The position numbers and the translations under genes are program-made. This document shows positions 1-8,061 of a stretch of DNA of 64,000 nucleotides, piece by piece. Origin of the DNA: Candidatus Dormiibacterota bacterium (GTDB taxonomy: Bacteria > Chloroflexota > Dormibacteria > Aeolococcales > Aeolococcaceae); assembly GCA_036521195.1 (NCBI GenBank), contig DATDID010000026.1:89944-153943 (forward strand), given 5' to 3'. The notes beneath the pieces were generated by a model. It did not search any database. It worked only from the letters and a program-made list of their open reading frames with translations, and had not been told where the DNA came from. Numbering within the stretch: position 1 is the first letter of the stretch; each line of letters begins with the position of its first letter.

Positions 1-308
1 CACCGGCGCTCCAACTCTGCCGTCTGCGGGTACTCGTCCTTGTCGATGACGTTCTTGTCGACGGACTCGTCCATGAGCCGCTGTGCCTGCGGCTCCATCC
101 ACGTCGTGACGAACGTCGCCAGGTTGAGCCTGGCGTTGCCGTCGAGCATCAGCTCGTCGTGGACGATCTGATAAGCGAGGTCCGGAGCGAGCTCCCCTTT
201 GGGCAGGTGGAACTTGGGCACCGCCTGGACTTCGCCCTGCCGGGCGTGGAGCGGGTTGATGTCGACGGTCGCGTCAGCGTCGTCGTGCGCTCGATGATGC
301 AGCGCCAT
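1..308 (-). CDS. gadB: glutamate decarboxylase, N-terminal part (gene continues past the window start)
   Basis: My own minus-strand translation from ATG at 308 gives [102 protein letters not shown]. The [12 protein letters not shown] and IDKDEYPQT blocks are typical of bacterial Gad. This ORF is not in the ORF track because it is cut by the window edge. Confidence 0.8.
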   Translation of the reverse strand, partial: MALHHRAHDDADATVDINPLHARQGEVQAVPKFHLPKGELAPDLAYQIVHDELMLDGNARLNLATFVTTWMEPQAQRLMDESVDKNVIDKDEYPQTAELERR

Positions 309-321
309 CGTCAGTCCCCCG

Positions 322-1479
322 TCATGAGCTGATGTCGGTCGTCTCCGAGGTCGCAGCCTCGCTCACGGATAGTGCCGGACGGCCGGTCAGCTCTGTCGCG
401 ATATCAGCGGCCGCAGGATGCGCCGCCAGCTCGGCTTCGAGACGGTCGCTCCGGTCGGTGGCCATCATCAGCTGATGGCGAAGCGCGTCCATCTCATGCT
501 CGAGAGCGACGTTGGCGTTGATGACGCGCAGCACCTCGTCGCGCAACAGTGACGCCTGACGGACAGGATCGGGATCGCTGGTGATCACACCGATGCGCGC
601 TTCTTCATGGTCCCGCCAGCGGGTTGCAAGCAGAGTCGCCGTGCCATCCGGCGGGCGGTACGAGCGCGCGCCCGCCTCCACGACCCGGCGAATGATCGCC
701 GGCCCGCTGCCGGTGTTGAGCCGCTGGCGCAGGTGGAGCGGATGGCGCGGCGGCGGATCGGTCAGGCGCAGTCGTGGCCAGTAGATGCGGACCGCGCCGT
801 CGTAGACGGACAGCATGTGCAGGCGCTTCGTGAGTCGATGCGAGTCCTCGACGCGAGGCATCACGTAGACATGCGCGAGCCCGCACAGCTCGCGAGCAGT
901 GAGCTCCGGGTCGCCGGCATCCGGCGGATAGCGCCCGTCTTCCTCTTTGACCGCGCTGAACAGCACGACGGGGAGTCGCCGGTCCGGGTCAAGCAGGCAC
1001 CCGTGCACCAGCGCGTCGATCTGCTCGCTGCCGATGACGGACTCGGTCGTCCATCGCACTCGTTGCGTTCCCGCAGTCGCGCCGCCGGCAACGAGATCAT
1101 GGAGCAGCTCCACGAGCGGAGGGTTCAATGGCGATGGTGGGACCCGGTGATGACTCATGTCCTGCTCAACCGACACACCGATCTCGACTGATTCGCCCGT
1201 GCGTACGATGTCGACCGTTGTCAGCCAGAGTGTCGATGGATCCCAGGGATCGGGTCGATGCACGGTGATGCGACACAAGGATCGGTCGGCCGCATCACAC
1301 CGCAACGCGTTGACGCTGACACTACTTTCGTGGAGCTCACCCTCTGCAAACAAATCCGTTGCAGTCTTAAGACCTGTCGTTCCCCAGAGCCAGCTTCGTT
1401 GAGTTGCGGCTTCAAACAGCGCAACCCCGGACACCCTCTTATGGTCGAGGGTGAGTCTCGCCCCAAGGGCGCGGAACAT
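322..1479 (-). CDS. hypothetical protein with a C-terminal coiled-coil-like tail, no family recognised
   Basis: 385-aa ORF with mostly G/C third positions, although the first ~60 codons are visibly AT-richer. It lies 6 bp downstream of the aromatic decarboxylase gene and 13 bp upstream of gad on the same strand. The C-terminus [42 protein letters not shown] looks helical. Confidence 0.6.
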   Translation of the reverse strand: MFRALGARLTLDHKRVSGVALFEAATQRSWLWGTTGLKTATDLFAEGELHESSVSVNALRCDAADRSLCRITVHRPDPWDPSTLWLTTVDIVRTGESVEIGVSVEQDMSHHRVPPSPLNPPLVELLHDLVAGGATAGTQRVRWTTESVIGSEQIDALVHGCLLDPDRRLPVVLFSAVKEEDGRYPPDAGDPELTARELCGLAHVYVMPRVEDSHRLTKRLHMLSVYDGAVRIYWPRLRLTDPPPRHPLHLRQRLNTGSGPAIIRRVVEAGARSYRPPDGTATLLATRWRDHEEARIGVITSDPDPVRQASLLRDEVLRVINANVALEHEMDALRHQLMMATDRSDRLEAELAAHPAAADIATELTGRPALSVSEAATSETTDISS

Positions 1480-1485
1480 TACGGG

Positions 1486-2955
1486 TCATCCTACATCGTC
1501 ATCCATGGCATTGCGAAGTGCACTGATGACTCCGCGCGCATGACGTTGCTCCTGTCGGAGGTTGCCGAACGCCACGCGGATGGCGTACGCATCATGCAAT
1601 CGGGTGTGACTCAGGAAATACCGTCCACCGGTGTTGATGCGCTCCATAATTCGTTGGTTCAACGTGTCGAGCGTTCCGGGATCATCGAGTCCGGGTGGAT
1701 GCGCACGCAGGCACACGACACTCAGCGGCGCAGGTGCGAGCAGCTCGAAGTCGGGTTCCTGTTCGACCCACTGCGCAACGGTCGCGGCCATCGCGCAGTG
1801 CTCGCGAATGCGCGCCGCGAGTCCCTCCGTACCGAAATGACGGATCACCATCCAGAGCTTGAGCGCGCGCATGCGCCGACCCAGCGACGTCCCGTAGTCC
1901 ATGAGATTCGGCGCGTCGTCGTCGGACCCCTGGTTGCTCAGGAGATACTCGGGCACGATCGAGAACGCGCCGCGGAGCATCTCGGGACGCCGAGTCCAGA
2001 GGACGCTGCAGTCGATCGGCGTGAAGAGCCACTTGTGCGGGTTCAGCACGATCGAATCCGCCCGCTCCGCACCGTCGAGCACCCAGCGCAGCTCCGGCGC
2101 GACCGCAGCAGCGCCGCCGTACGCAGCGTCGACGTGCAGCCAGAGGCCGTAGTGCTCGCAGATGCCGGCGATCGCCGCGACCGGGTCGACACTCGTCGAC
2201 GACGTCGTCCCCGCGGTCGCGACCACCGCGAACGGGCGTATCCCTGCGGCGATGTCCTCGTGGATCGCCTGGCGCAACGCGACCGGATCCATGCGGAAGC
2301 GCTCGTCGACGGGGATCCGCCGGAGACCGTCGCGCCCGGTCCCGAGCACGATGCCCGCCTTCTCCACAGATGAATGTGCCTCGGCGGAGGCGTAGTAGCG
2401 CAGGCGCGGCAGCTCGGGCCTGCCGGACATCCCCAGCTCCCGGATGCGCAGATCGGTCTGTGCCTCGCGGGCGGCGGCGAGCGCGTACAGGGTGCTCGAC
2501 GACGCCGTGTCGTTGATCACGCCGAAGAGTGGCTCTGGCAGACCGACCATCTGACGCAGCCAGTCGAGCGTCACCTGTTCCAGCTCCGTCGCGGCGGGGG
2601 CGGTGCGCCACAGCATCGCGTTCACGTTCAGCGCAGCCGCGAGCGTCTCGCCGAGGATGCCGGGGCCGGACCCGCTCGAGGCGAAATAGGCCATGAAGCC
2701 TGGGGACTGCCAGTGCGTCGTCGCGGGCAGCAGGAGGTCGTCGAGATCGCGGAGCACGGCGTCGAGCGGTTCGCCCGACTCCGGTGGGTGACCCGGCAGC
2801 GCCGCGCGCACTGTCCCGGGCTCCGTGGGGCTCAGCACCGGGAACAATTCGACGTCCCGCAGGTAGTCGGCGACCCAGTCCGCCAACCGGCGGGCGTCCC
2901 GACGGTAGGCCTCCGGGTCCATGTCACCCGCGGAGCGAGGCTCGACACTCATCAA
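1486..2955 (-). CDS. group II pyridoxal-dependent (aromatic-L-amino-acid/DOPA-type) decarboxylase
   Basis: 489-aa ORF with the motifs HWQSPGFMAYF, HVDAAYGG and the PLP-lysine block SIVLNPHKWLF. The start could also be the internal Met at about 2922. Confidence 0.85.
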   Translation of the reverse strand: MMSVEPRSAGDMDPEAYRRDARRLADWVADYLRDVELFPVLSPTEPGTVRAALPGHPPESGEPLDAVLRDLDDLLLPATTHWQSPGFMAYFASSGSGPGILGETLAAALNVNAMLWRTAPAATELEQVTLDWLRQMVGLPEPLFGVINDTASSSTLYALAAAREAQTDLRIRELGMSGRPELPRLRYYASAEAHSSVEKAGIVLGTGRDGLRRIPVDERFRMDPVALRQAIHEDIAAGIRPFAVVATAGTTSSTSVDPVAAIAGICEHYGLWLHVDAAYGGAAAVAPELRWVLDGAERADSIVLNPHKWLFTPIDCSVLWTRRPEMLRGAFSIVPEYLLSNQGSDDDAPNLMDYGTSLGRRMRALKLWMVIRHFGTEGLAARIREHCAMAATVAQWVEQEPDFELLAPAPLSVVCLRAHPPGLDDPGTLDTLNQRIMERINTGGRYFLSHTRLHDAYAIRVAFGNLRQEQRHARGVISALRNAMDDDVG

Positions 2956-3026
2956 CTCCGGATCGTGACGCTCGAGCGGCCCCGCCCGCAGGGGTCACGG
3001 CTACCCGCAGCGCTAGACTGGAGCCC

Positions 3027-4607
3027 GTGACCGCTTCACTGACCGTCGCGGACGTGATGCACAAGCCGGCGGTGGTTGTGCCGAACAGCATCACCCTGGC
3101 GCAGGCATCGGTGATCCTCGACGGGGCCAACGTTGGAGCCGCCGCCGTCCTCGACTCGCAGGGACGCTTGATCGGCATGGTGAGCGAGCGCGATCTGCTC
3201 CGCTCGGTGGGCCACGGCGTGGACCCCGGCGCCACGAAGGTCGACGAGGTCATGACCAAGAACCCCGTGACGGTTTCGGTCACCGACACCGTCGAGAAGG
3301 GCCTCGAGGTCTTCCGCGAGCGCCGCTTCCGCCACCTGCCGGTGATGGACGGGGACAAGGTCGCCGGGATCCTCTCGATCCGCCACGTCGTTCGCGTCGC
3401 CCATATAGAAGAGGTGCAGCCGGCTGGATCGGCGCTGCCCGGGCTGGCGCCTCGCGGGCTCGAGGGAGTCGCCGTCGCCGAGACCTCGGTGGGCGATGTC
3501 CGCGGCGAGGAAGGGTTCTTCCACTACCGGGGCTACAACGCCGTCGAATTGGCGCGCCGGTGCTCCTTCGAGCAGGTCTGGCATCTGCTGGCGGAGGGTG
3601 AGCTTCCGGACGAAGCCCAGCTGAAGGCGTTCACCAAGCTTGCGGTCGAGGCCCGGACGATCCCGTCGCAGGTCGCCGACCTCCTCCCCAAAATCGCAGC
3701 GCTTCCGGGGTACACCCCGCTGATGGCACTCCGCTCGGCCGTGTCGCTCGCCGGAGCAGCGCTCGAGCAGAAGCCGACCCTCGACATCCCCGCGGAGGAG
3801 GTCCGTAAGGAGTGCCTGAGGATGGTCGCCATGGTCCCGGTGCTGCTCATGCGCCTGCACCGTCACCATCTGGGCCTCGATCCTGTGGAACCGGACCCAG
3901 ACCTCGGCTACGTTGGCTCGTACATCCAGATGCTCACCGGAGAGCGACCCCACGACCGCGAGATCCGGGCCCTCGAGCAGTACCTGATCCTCACGATGGA
4001 CCACGGGTTCAACTCGTCGACCTTCACGGCGCGGGTGATCACGTCCACCGGATCGGACGTCGGATCCGCGCTGACCGGCGCCATCGGCGCCCTGGCCGGA
4101 CCGCTCCACGGCGGTGCGCCGTCGCGGGCGCTGGCAATGCTCGACGCCATCGGCACCCCGGACAGAGCCGAGGAGTACCTCCGCCACGAGATCTCGTCCG
4201 GCGAGCGCCTGATGGGCTTCGGCCATCGCGTCTACAAGACCGACGACCCGCGCTCGACCCTCCTTCGCGAGGTTGCGACCGAGCTGGGCGGTGCCCAGGC
4301 GGAGTTCGCGGTCCAGGTGGAGCAGACGGCGCTCCGCGTGCTCAACGAGCTGAAGCCGGGCCGCCGCCTGTACACGAACGTCGAGTTCTACGCCGGAGTT
4401 GTCATGAACAGCGTCGGCATCCCGCCCGACATGTTCACCCCGACCTTCGCCTCGAGCCGCACGGTGGGGTGGACGGCTGCGATCGCCGAGCAGGCGGCCA
4501 ATAACCGCCTCATCCGCCCGTCGGCGTTGTACGTCGGCCCGCAGCCGCCGCGACCGCTCCCTGAGGGGTACGGCGCAGCGCTGAAGAACGCGGAACTCGC
4601 CCGCTGA
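3027..4607 (+). CDS. CBS-pair domain fused to citrate synthase
   Basis: In-frame GTG at 3027; the ORF-track start at 2784 adds a Pro/Arg-rich stretch that overlaps the divergent gene. The N-terminal ~125 aa carry two CBS repeats (VADVMHKPAVVV...MVSERDLL, VDEVMTKNPVTV...ILSIRHVV). The rest is citrate synthase (GFFHYRGYNAVELA, HGGAPS, GFGHRVYKTDDPRS). Confidence 0.8.
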   Translation: MTASLTVADVMHKPAVVVPNSITLAQASVILDGANVGAAAVLDSQGRLIGMVSERDLLRSVGHGVDPGATKVDEVMTKNPVTVSVTDTVEKGLEVFRERRFRHLPVMDGDKVAGILSIRHVVRVAHIEEVQPAGSALPGLAPRGLEGVAVAETSVGDVRGEEGFFHYRGYNAVELARRCSFEQVWHLLAEGELPDEAQLKAFTKLAVEARTIPSQVADLLPKIAALPGYTPLMALRSAVSLAGAALEQKPTLDIPAEEVRKECLRMVAMVPVLLMRLHRHHLGLDPVEPDPDLGYVGSYIQMLTGERPHDREIRALEQYLILTMDHGFNSSTFTARVITSTGSDVGSALTGAIGALAGPLHGGAPSRALAMLDAIGTPDRAEEYLRHEISSGERLMGFGHRVYKTDDPRSTLLREVATELGGAQAEFAVQVEQTALRVLNELKPGRRLYTNVEFYAGVVMNSVGIPPDMFTPTFASSRTVGWTAAIAEQAANNRLIRPSALYVGPQPPRPLPEGYGAALKNAELAR

Positions 4608-4761
4608 GGCTCCGGTAACGCCGGGGTAACGAACGCCATTTCGTTGCCCTGCAACGGAACAACCTCGTCACCCAACCACAACGTGCGCGGCCGTGGTGTG
4701 ACCGATGCTGGCTCCCATGATCCCGGCATTCATCCCCGCGTTGGTAGCCTCGTTGCAAGCG

Positions 4762-4926
4762 ATGCTCGCCCCTGGCAAGCGACGCGATGACGAAAGAGGA
4801 CAAGGGCTCGTCGAGTACGGGCTGATCGTCGTCCTCATCGCCATCGTCGTCATCGTTGTCGTCGGCGTCGTCGGACATCAGGTCAACAACGTCTTCTCAA
4901 ACGTCAGCAACGGCCTGAGCTCTTAG
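4762..4926 (+). CDS. flp: Flp family type IVb pilin
   Basis: 54 aa from the internal ATG of the 73-aa ORF. A basic leader (MLAPGKRRDDERGQG) is followed by the Flp processing/core motif LVEYGLIVVLIAIVVIVVVG. Confidence 0.7.
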   Translation: MLAPGKRRDDERGQGLVEYGLIVVLIAIVVIVVVGVVGHQVNNVFSNVSNGLSS

Positions 4927-4971
4927 CGCGATCGCGACGCGTGCACACGTGCACGAATCGCACATCGCGCT
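4925..4971 (+). terminator. stem-loop immediately after the flp stop (possible intrinsic terminator without a U-tract)
   Basis: AGCGCGAT (4925-4932) pairs with ATCGCGCT (4964-4971). An inner stem CGTGCA (4940-4945) pairs with TGCACG (4950-4955). No T-run follows. Confidence 0.3.
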
Positions 4972-4977
4972 GACTGG

Positions 4978-5646
4978 TTGAGGTCTGCGCTTCCCGTATG
5001 GTTGCCCGCTGTGGGCGAAGACGTCGATCTGGGCGTTCCCGCGTTGCCCGCTCCGGCACTCGCCGGCGTGGTCCTCTGCGGGGGCCGCAGTGTCCGCATG
5101 GGCATCGACAAAGCAACGATCGAGGTCGGCGGAACAACGCTGCTCGCGCGAGCCGTTGACCGTCTGACGGCAGTCTGCGATCCCGTGCTCATCGCCCCCG
5201 GTGGGCTGAGCCTGGGCGTCGACGCAGGCCGTCTCGTGCCCGACGCGCTGCCAGATGCAGGGCCGCTCGGCGGCATCGTCGCCGCGCTGCACCGGTCCCC
5301 CCATCCGCTGCTCGCAGTCGTCGCGGTCGACATGCCGTGGATCGAGCCCGGGCTGCTCTCGCTGCTTGCCGCCCGTATCGGTGACTGCGACGTCGCGCTG
5401 TGTGAGACGCAGCGCGGCCCGGAGCCGCTGCACGCGGTCTACGCGCGGACTGCGCTCCCGATTGCCGAGGCGGCGCTGCACAGCGCTGACCGCTCTGTCA
5501 GCGGCACGATCGCGCGGCTGCGAGCGCTGGTCCTCACCGTGGCGGAGTGGCGAGCGGCCGGGTTTTCGGACGGCTTCGCGCGCAACCTCAACACCCCTGC
5601 CGACCTCGCCGGCGTCAGACCGGAAACTCGCCCACCAGGGACGTGA
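4978..5646 (+). CDS. mobA: molybdenum cofactor guanylyltransferase
   Basis: Carries GVVLCGGRSVRMGIDKA and LPDAGPLGGIVAAL, the NTP-transferase MobA signature. The start is uncertain: in-frame GTG at 5011 or TTG at 5044 would give a more typical N-terminus. Confidence 0.8.
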   Translation: MRSALPVWLPAVGEDVDLGVPALPAPALAGVVLCGGRSVRMGIDKATIEVGGTTLLARAVDRLTAVCDPVLIAPGGLSLGVDAGRLVPDALPDAGPLGGIVAALHRSPHPLLAVVAVDMPWIEPGLLSLLAARIGDCDVALCETQRGPEPLHAVYARTALPIAEAALHSADRSVSGTIARLRALVLTVAEWRAAGFSDGFARNLNTPADLAGVRPETRPPGT

Positions 5647-5905
5647 CGATTGCCACAGCTCGCGCCATGGCATCTGTTTCGGACATTCCCGCGCTGATGC
5701 TCGACTGCACGAACCGACCGATCAGGTAGGACGCCAGCGGGGCGTTCTGACGCTCGGTCGCGTGGGCCACGTTGCGAGCGGTGCGGAGCAGCAGTGCCCG
5801 CTCCCGGGGTTCGAGTGGCCGCAGATCGGCCGATGACGAGCCAGGAATGGTCAGCGCGGACGCCAGTTGTGCCAGCAGGTCGGAGTCCGGGGTGCCGCCG
5901 TCCAT
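5615..5905 (-). CDS. DUF6457-like small protein (MobA-associated in actinobacteria)
   Basis: From ATG at 5905 the product reads MDGGTPDSDLLAQLASALTIPG...LEPRERALLLRTARNVAHATERQNAPLASYLIGRFV, matching the conserved core of DUF6457 as I remember it. It converges on mobA with a 32-bp overlap. Confidence 0.55.
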   Translation of the reverse strand: MDGGTPDSDLLAQLASALTIPGSSSADLRPLEPRERALLLRTARNVAHATERQNAPLASYLIGRFVQSSISAGMSETDAMARAVAIVTSLVGEFPV

Positions 5906-5968
5906 GTTGCTAGAGTGATCTTGCCCTATGGTCGGCACCACCCGGAATCCTCACCCGATCGAGCGCGC

Positions 5969-6787
5969 ATGACCTCGCGCCACAGGCGCGTGATGCAGGT
6001 CGCGGCCGGCGGCGCGGTGACGTGGCGCAGCGACGACGTCAGCACCGAGGAGCCGCTCGAGATTCGCGTCGGCGCCATCTCACTGTCCGTGACCATGCGA
6101 ACGCCGGGGGACGATTTCGACCTTGTGGCGGGTTTCCTCGTGACCGAGGGAATCGTCAGCGCTGCCAACGAGATCGATGCGATGCGCATGTGCCCCGAAG
6201 CCGCAGCCGAAAGCGGCGAGCTCAACGTCGTTGAGGTGACGCTGTCGCCGAGCGCAGCCATGCGACCGCTCACCCCCCGCGCCTTCTTCATGACCTCCTC
6301 GTGTGGGATGTGCGGCAAGGCGAGCATCGAAGCGGTGCGCACCAGGACGTCGTGGGAGGTTCGCGATGACCCGCTGCGTGTCTCGCCCGCGGTCCTCGCC
6401 GGCATGCCCGAGAAGCAGCGTTCGGCGCAGCGTCAGTTCTCGCGCACCGGTGGCCTGCACGCCGCCGCGCTGTTCGACGCGGAGGGCACCCTGCTCTGCC
6501 TGCGCGAGGACGTCGGCCGCCATAACGCCTTCGACAAGGTGATCGGCTGGGCCGCGACGCAAGGTTTGCTGCCGCTGCGTTCGCACATGATTCTCGCGTC
6601 GGGGCGCGCGAGCTTCGAGCTCACGCAGAAGACGCTGATGGCCGGTATCCCGCTGCTCGCGGCGGTGTCGGCGCCGTCGAGCCTCGCCGTCGAGCTTGCA
6701 GCCGAGTCCGGTATGACGCTCATCGGATTTCTCCGTGGCGAGCAGATGAATGTGTACGCAGGCTATGAAAGGATCGCGGCGGCATGA
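5969..6787 (+). CDS. fdhD: formate dehydrogenase accessory sulfurtransferase FdhD
   Basis: Motifs SSCGMCGKASIEAV, GGLHAAALF, EDVGRHNAFDKVIG and SGRASFELTQKTLMAGIPLLAAVSAPSSLAV. I chose the ATG at 5969 within the longer track ORF. Confidence 0.85.
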   Translation: MTSRHRRVMQVAAGGAVTWRSDDVSTEEPLEIRVGAISLSVTMRTPGDDFDLVAGFLVTEGIVSAANEIDAMRMCPEAAAESGELNVVEVTLSPSAAMRPLTPRAFFMTSSCGMCGKASIEAVRTRTSWEVRDDPLRVSPAVLAGMPEKQRSAQRQFSRTGGLHAAALFDAEGTLLCLREDVGRHNAFDKVIGWAATQGLLPLRSHMILASGRASFELTQKTLMAGIPLLAAVSAPSSLAVELAAESGMTLIGFLRGEQMNVYAGYERIAAA

Positions 6788-7305
6788 GCGTTGACCCGGA
6801 GGCACAAAGCTGGCGGGGTGCGGAGATCACCGTGAGCGACAGCCGGCGAGGCGTCGACAGCGACGATCGCAGTGGCGACGTGATCGTCGCGCGGTTCGCG
6901 CTGCTTCCCGCCGACGTCGTCGCGCGGCGCAGCGTCGCGGATGACATCGAGGAGATTCGCGCAGCTGTGCGCGACTGCGTCGGCGTCAGCGACGTGGTCA
7001 TCCTCACGGGCGGGACCGGGCTCGGCCCACGCGATGTGACGCCGCAGGCACTCCTGCCAATGCTCGACTACGAGGTGCCGGGGATGGCAGAGGTGATGCG
7101 CCAGCAGGGTTTGCAGTCGACGCCGCACGCCATGCTGTCGCGTCAGGTCGTCGGCGTCATCGACACCTGCCTGGTGCTCTCATTGCCCGGGAGTCCGCGT
7201 GCCGTGGCCGAGTGCCTCGATGCCGTCTGGCGCGCCCTTCCTCACGCGCTGGCGCTGATCGCCGGCGACACGCGGCACCCGGAACAGACCGAAACCCCGA
7301 GCTGA
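6784..7305 (+). CDS. mogA: MogA/MoaB-type molybdopterin adenylyltransferase
   Basis: Motifs VVILTGGTGLGPRDVTPQA and LPGSPRAV. There is an ATGA start-stop overlap with fdhD. Confidence 0.8.
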   Translation: MSVDPEAQSWRGAEITVSDSRRGVDSDDRSGDVIVARFALLPADVVARRSVADDIEEIRAAVRDCVGVSDVVILTGGTGLGPRDVTPQALLPMLDYEVPGMAEVMRQQGLQSTPHAMLSRQVVGVIDTCLVLSLPGSPRAVAECLDAVWRALPHALALIAGDTRHPEQTETPS

Positions 7306-7530
7306 GCAACCCGGCGCGACCGGCCGGAGCAGGGATTGACGACCTTGGGGCGCAGCGATTGACCGCACTTGAAGGTTTTCCGCAGTGTGAGCATCGTAGT
7401 CGCAATGCGTGAGCGCAGCGGAATCCGCATTTGCGTTGTTCCGTCAAAGTCCAAATGCGCTTGACCCTCGCCACGACCGAATGCCAGCATGGCGGCGCCG
7501 TCGTTTGTCTTGCCGTCCGGGAGGATTTCC

Positions 7531-8058
7531 ATGACGCAGCCTGTCGCGCTGACCATCAACGGAAGGCAAAGGGAGGACCGGGTCGAGCCGCGGCTTCTGC
7601 TTGTCCATTACCTTCGTGAGGTTGCCGGGCTCACCGGAACGCATATCGCCTGCGACACGAGTCAGTGCGGTGCGTGCACCGTCATGATCGACGGCGAGGC
7701 AGTGAAGTCGTGCAGCGTGTTTGCAGTTCAGGCCGACGGTCGCTCAGTGACCACGATCGAAGGCCTTGCCGACGGCGGGACGCTGCACCCGGTCCAGCAG
7801 GCCTTCTGGGACGAGCACGGCCTGCAGTGCGGATTCTGCACCCCGGGTTTCATCATGGCCGCCGCCTACCTGCTGCAGCAGAACCCGACGCCGACTGACG
7901 ACGAGATCGAGCGCGGGCTCGAGGGCAACCTCTGCCGCTGCACGGGTTACACGAACATCAAGAAGGCAGTGCGCAGCGCGTCGAGGGCGATGAACGGCGG
8001 CGCCGCCGACATCGCAGGGCACGCCGCGACCGCGGTCGCATCGTCGGTGGAGGGCTAA
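7531..8058 (+). CDS. [2Fe-2S] small subunit of a CoxSLM-type molybdenum hydroxylase
   Basis: GGAGGA lies 7 nt upstream of the ATG at 7531. Motifs [19 protein letters not shown] and CRCTGY. Confidence 0.9.
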   Translation: MTQPVALTINGRQREDRVEPRLLLVHYLREVAGLTGTHIACDTSQCGACTVMIDGEAVKSCSVFAVQADGRSVTTIEGLADGGTLHPVQQAFWDEHGLQCGFCTPGFIMAAAYLLQQNPTPTDDEIERGLEGNLCRCTGYTNIKKAVRSASRAMNGGAADIAGHAATAVASSVEG

Positions 8059-8061
8059 GCG

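Noticed and set aside
4510-4878. Minus-strand ORF encoding a striking acidic run (MSDDADDNDDDDGDEDDDQ).
   Set aside because: It is the reverse complement of the Ile/Val-rich hydrophobic core of the Flp pilin gene (GTC/ATC codons read as GAC/GAT), so it is an artefact.
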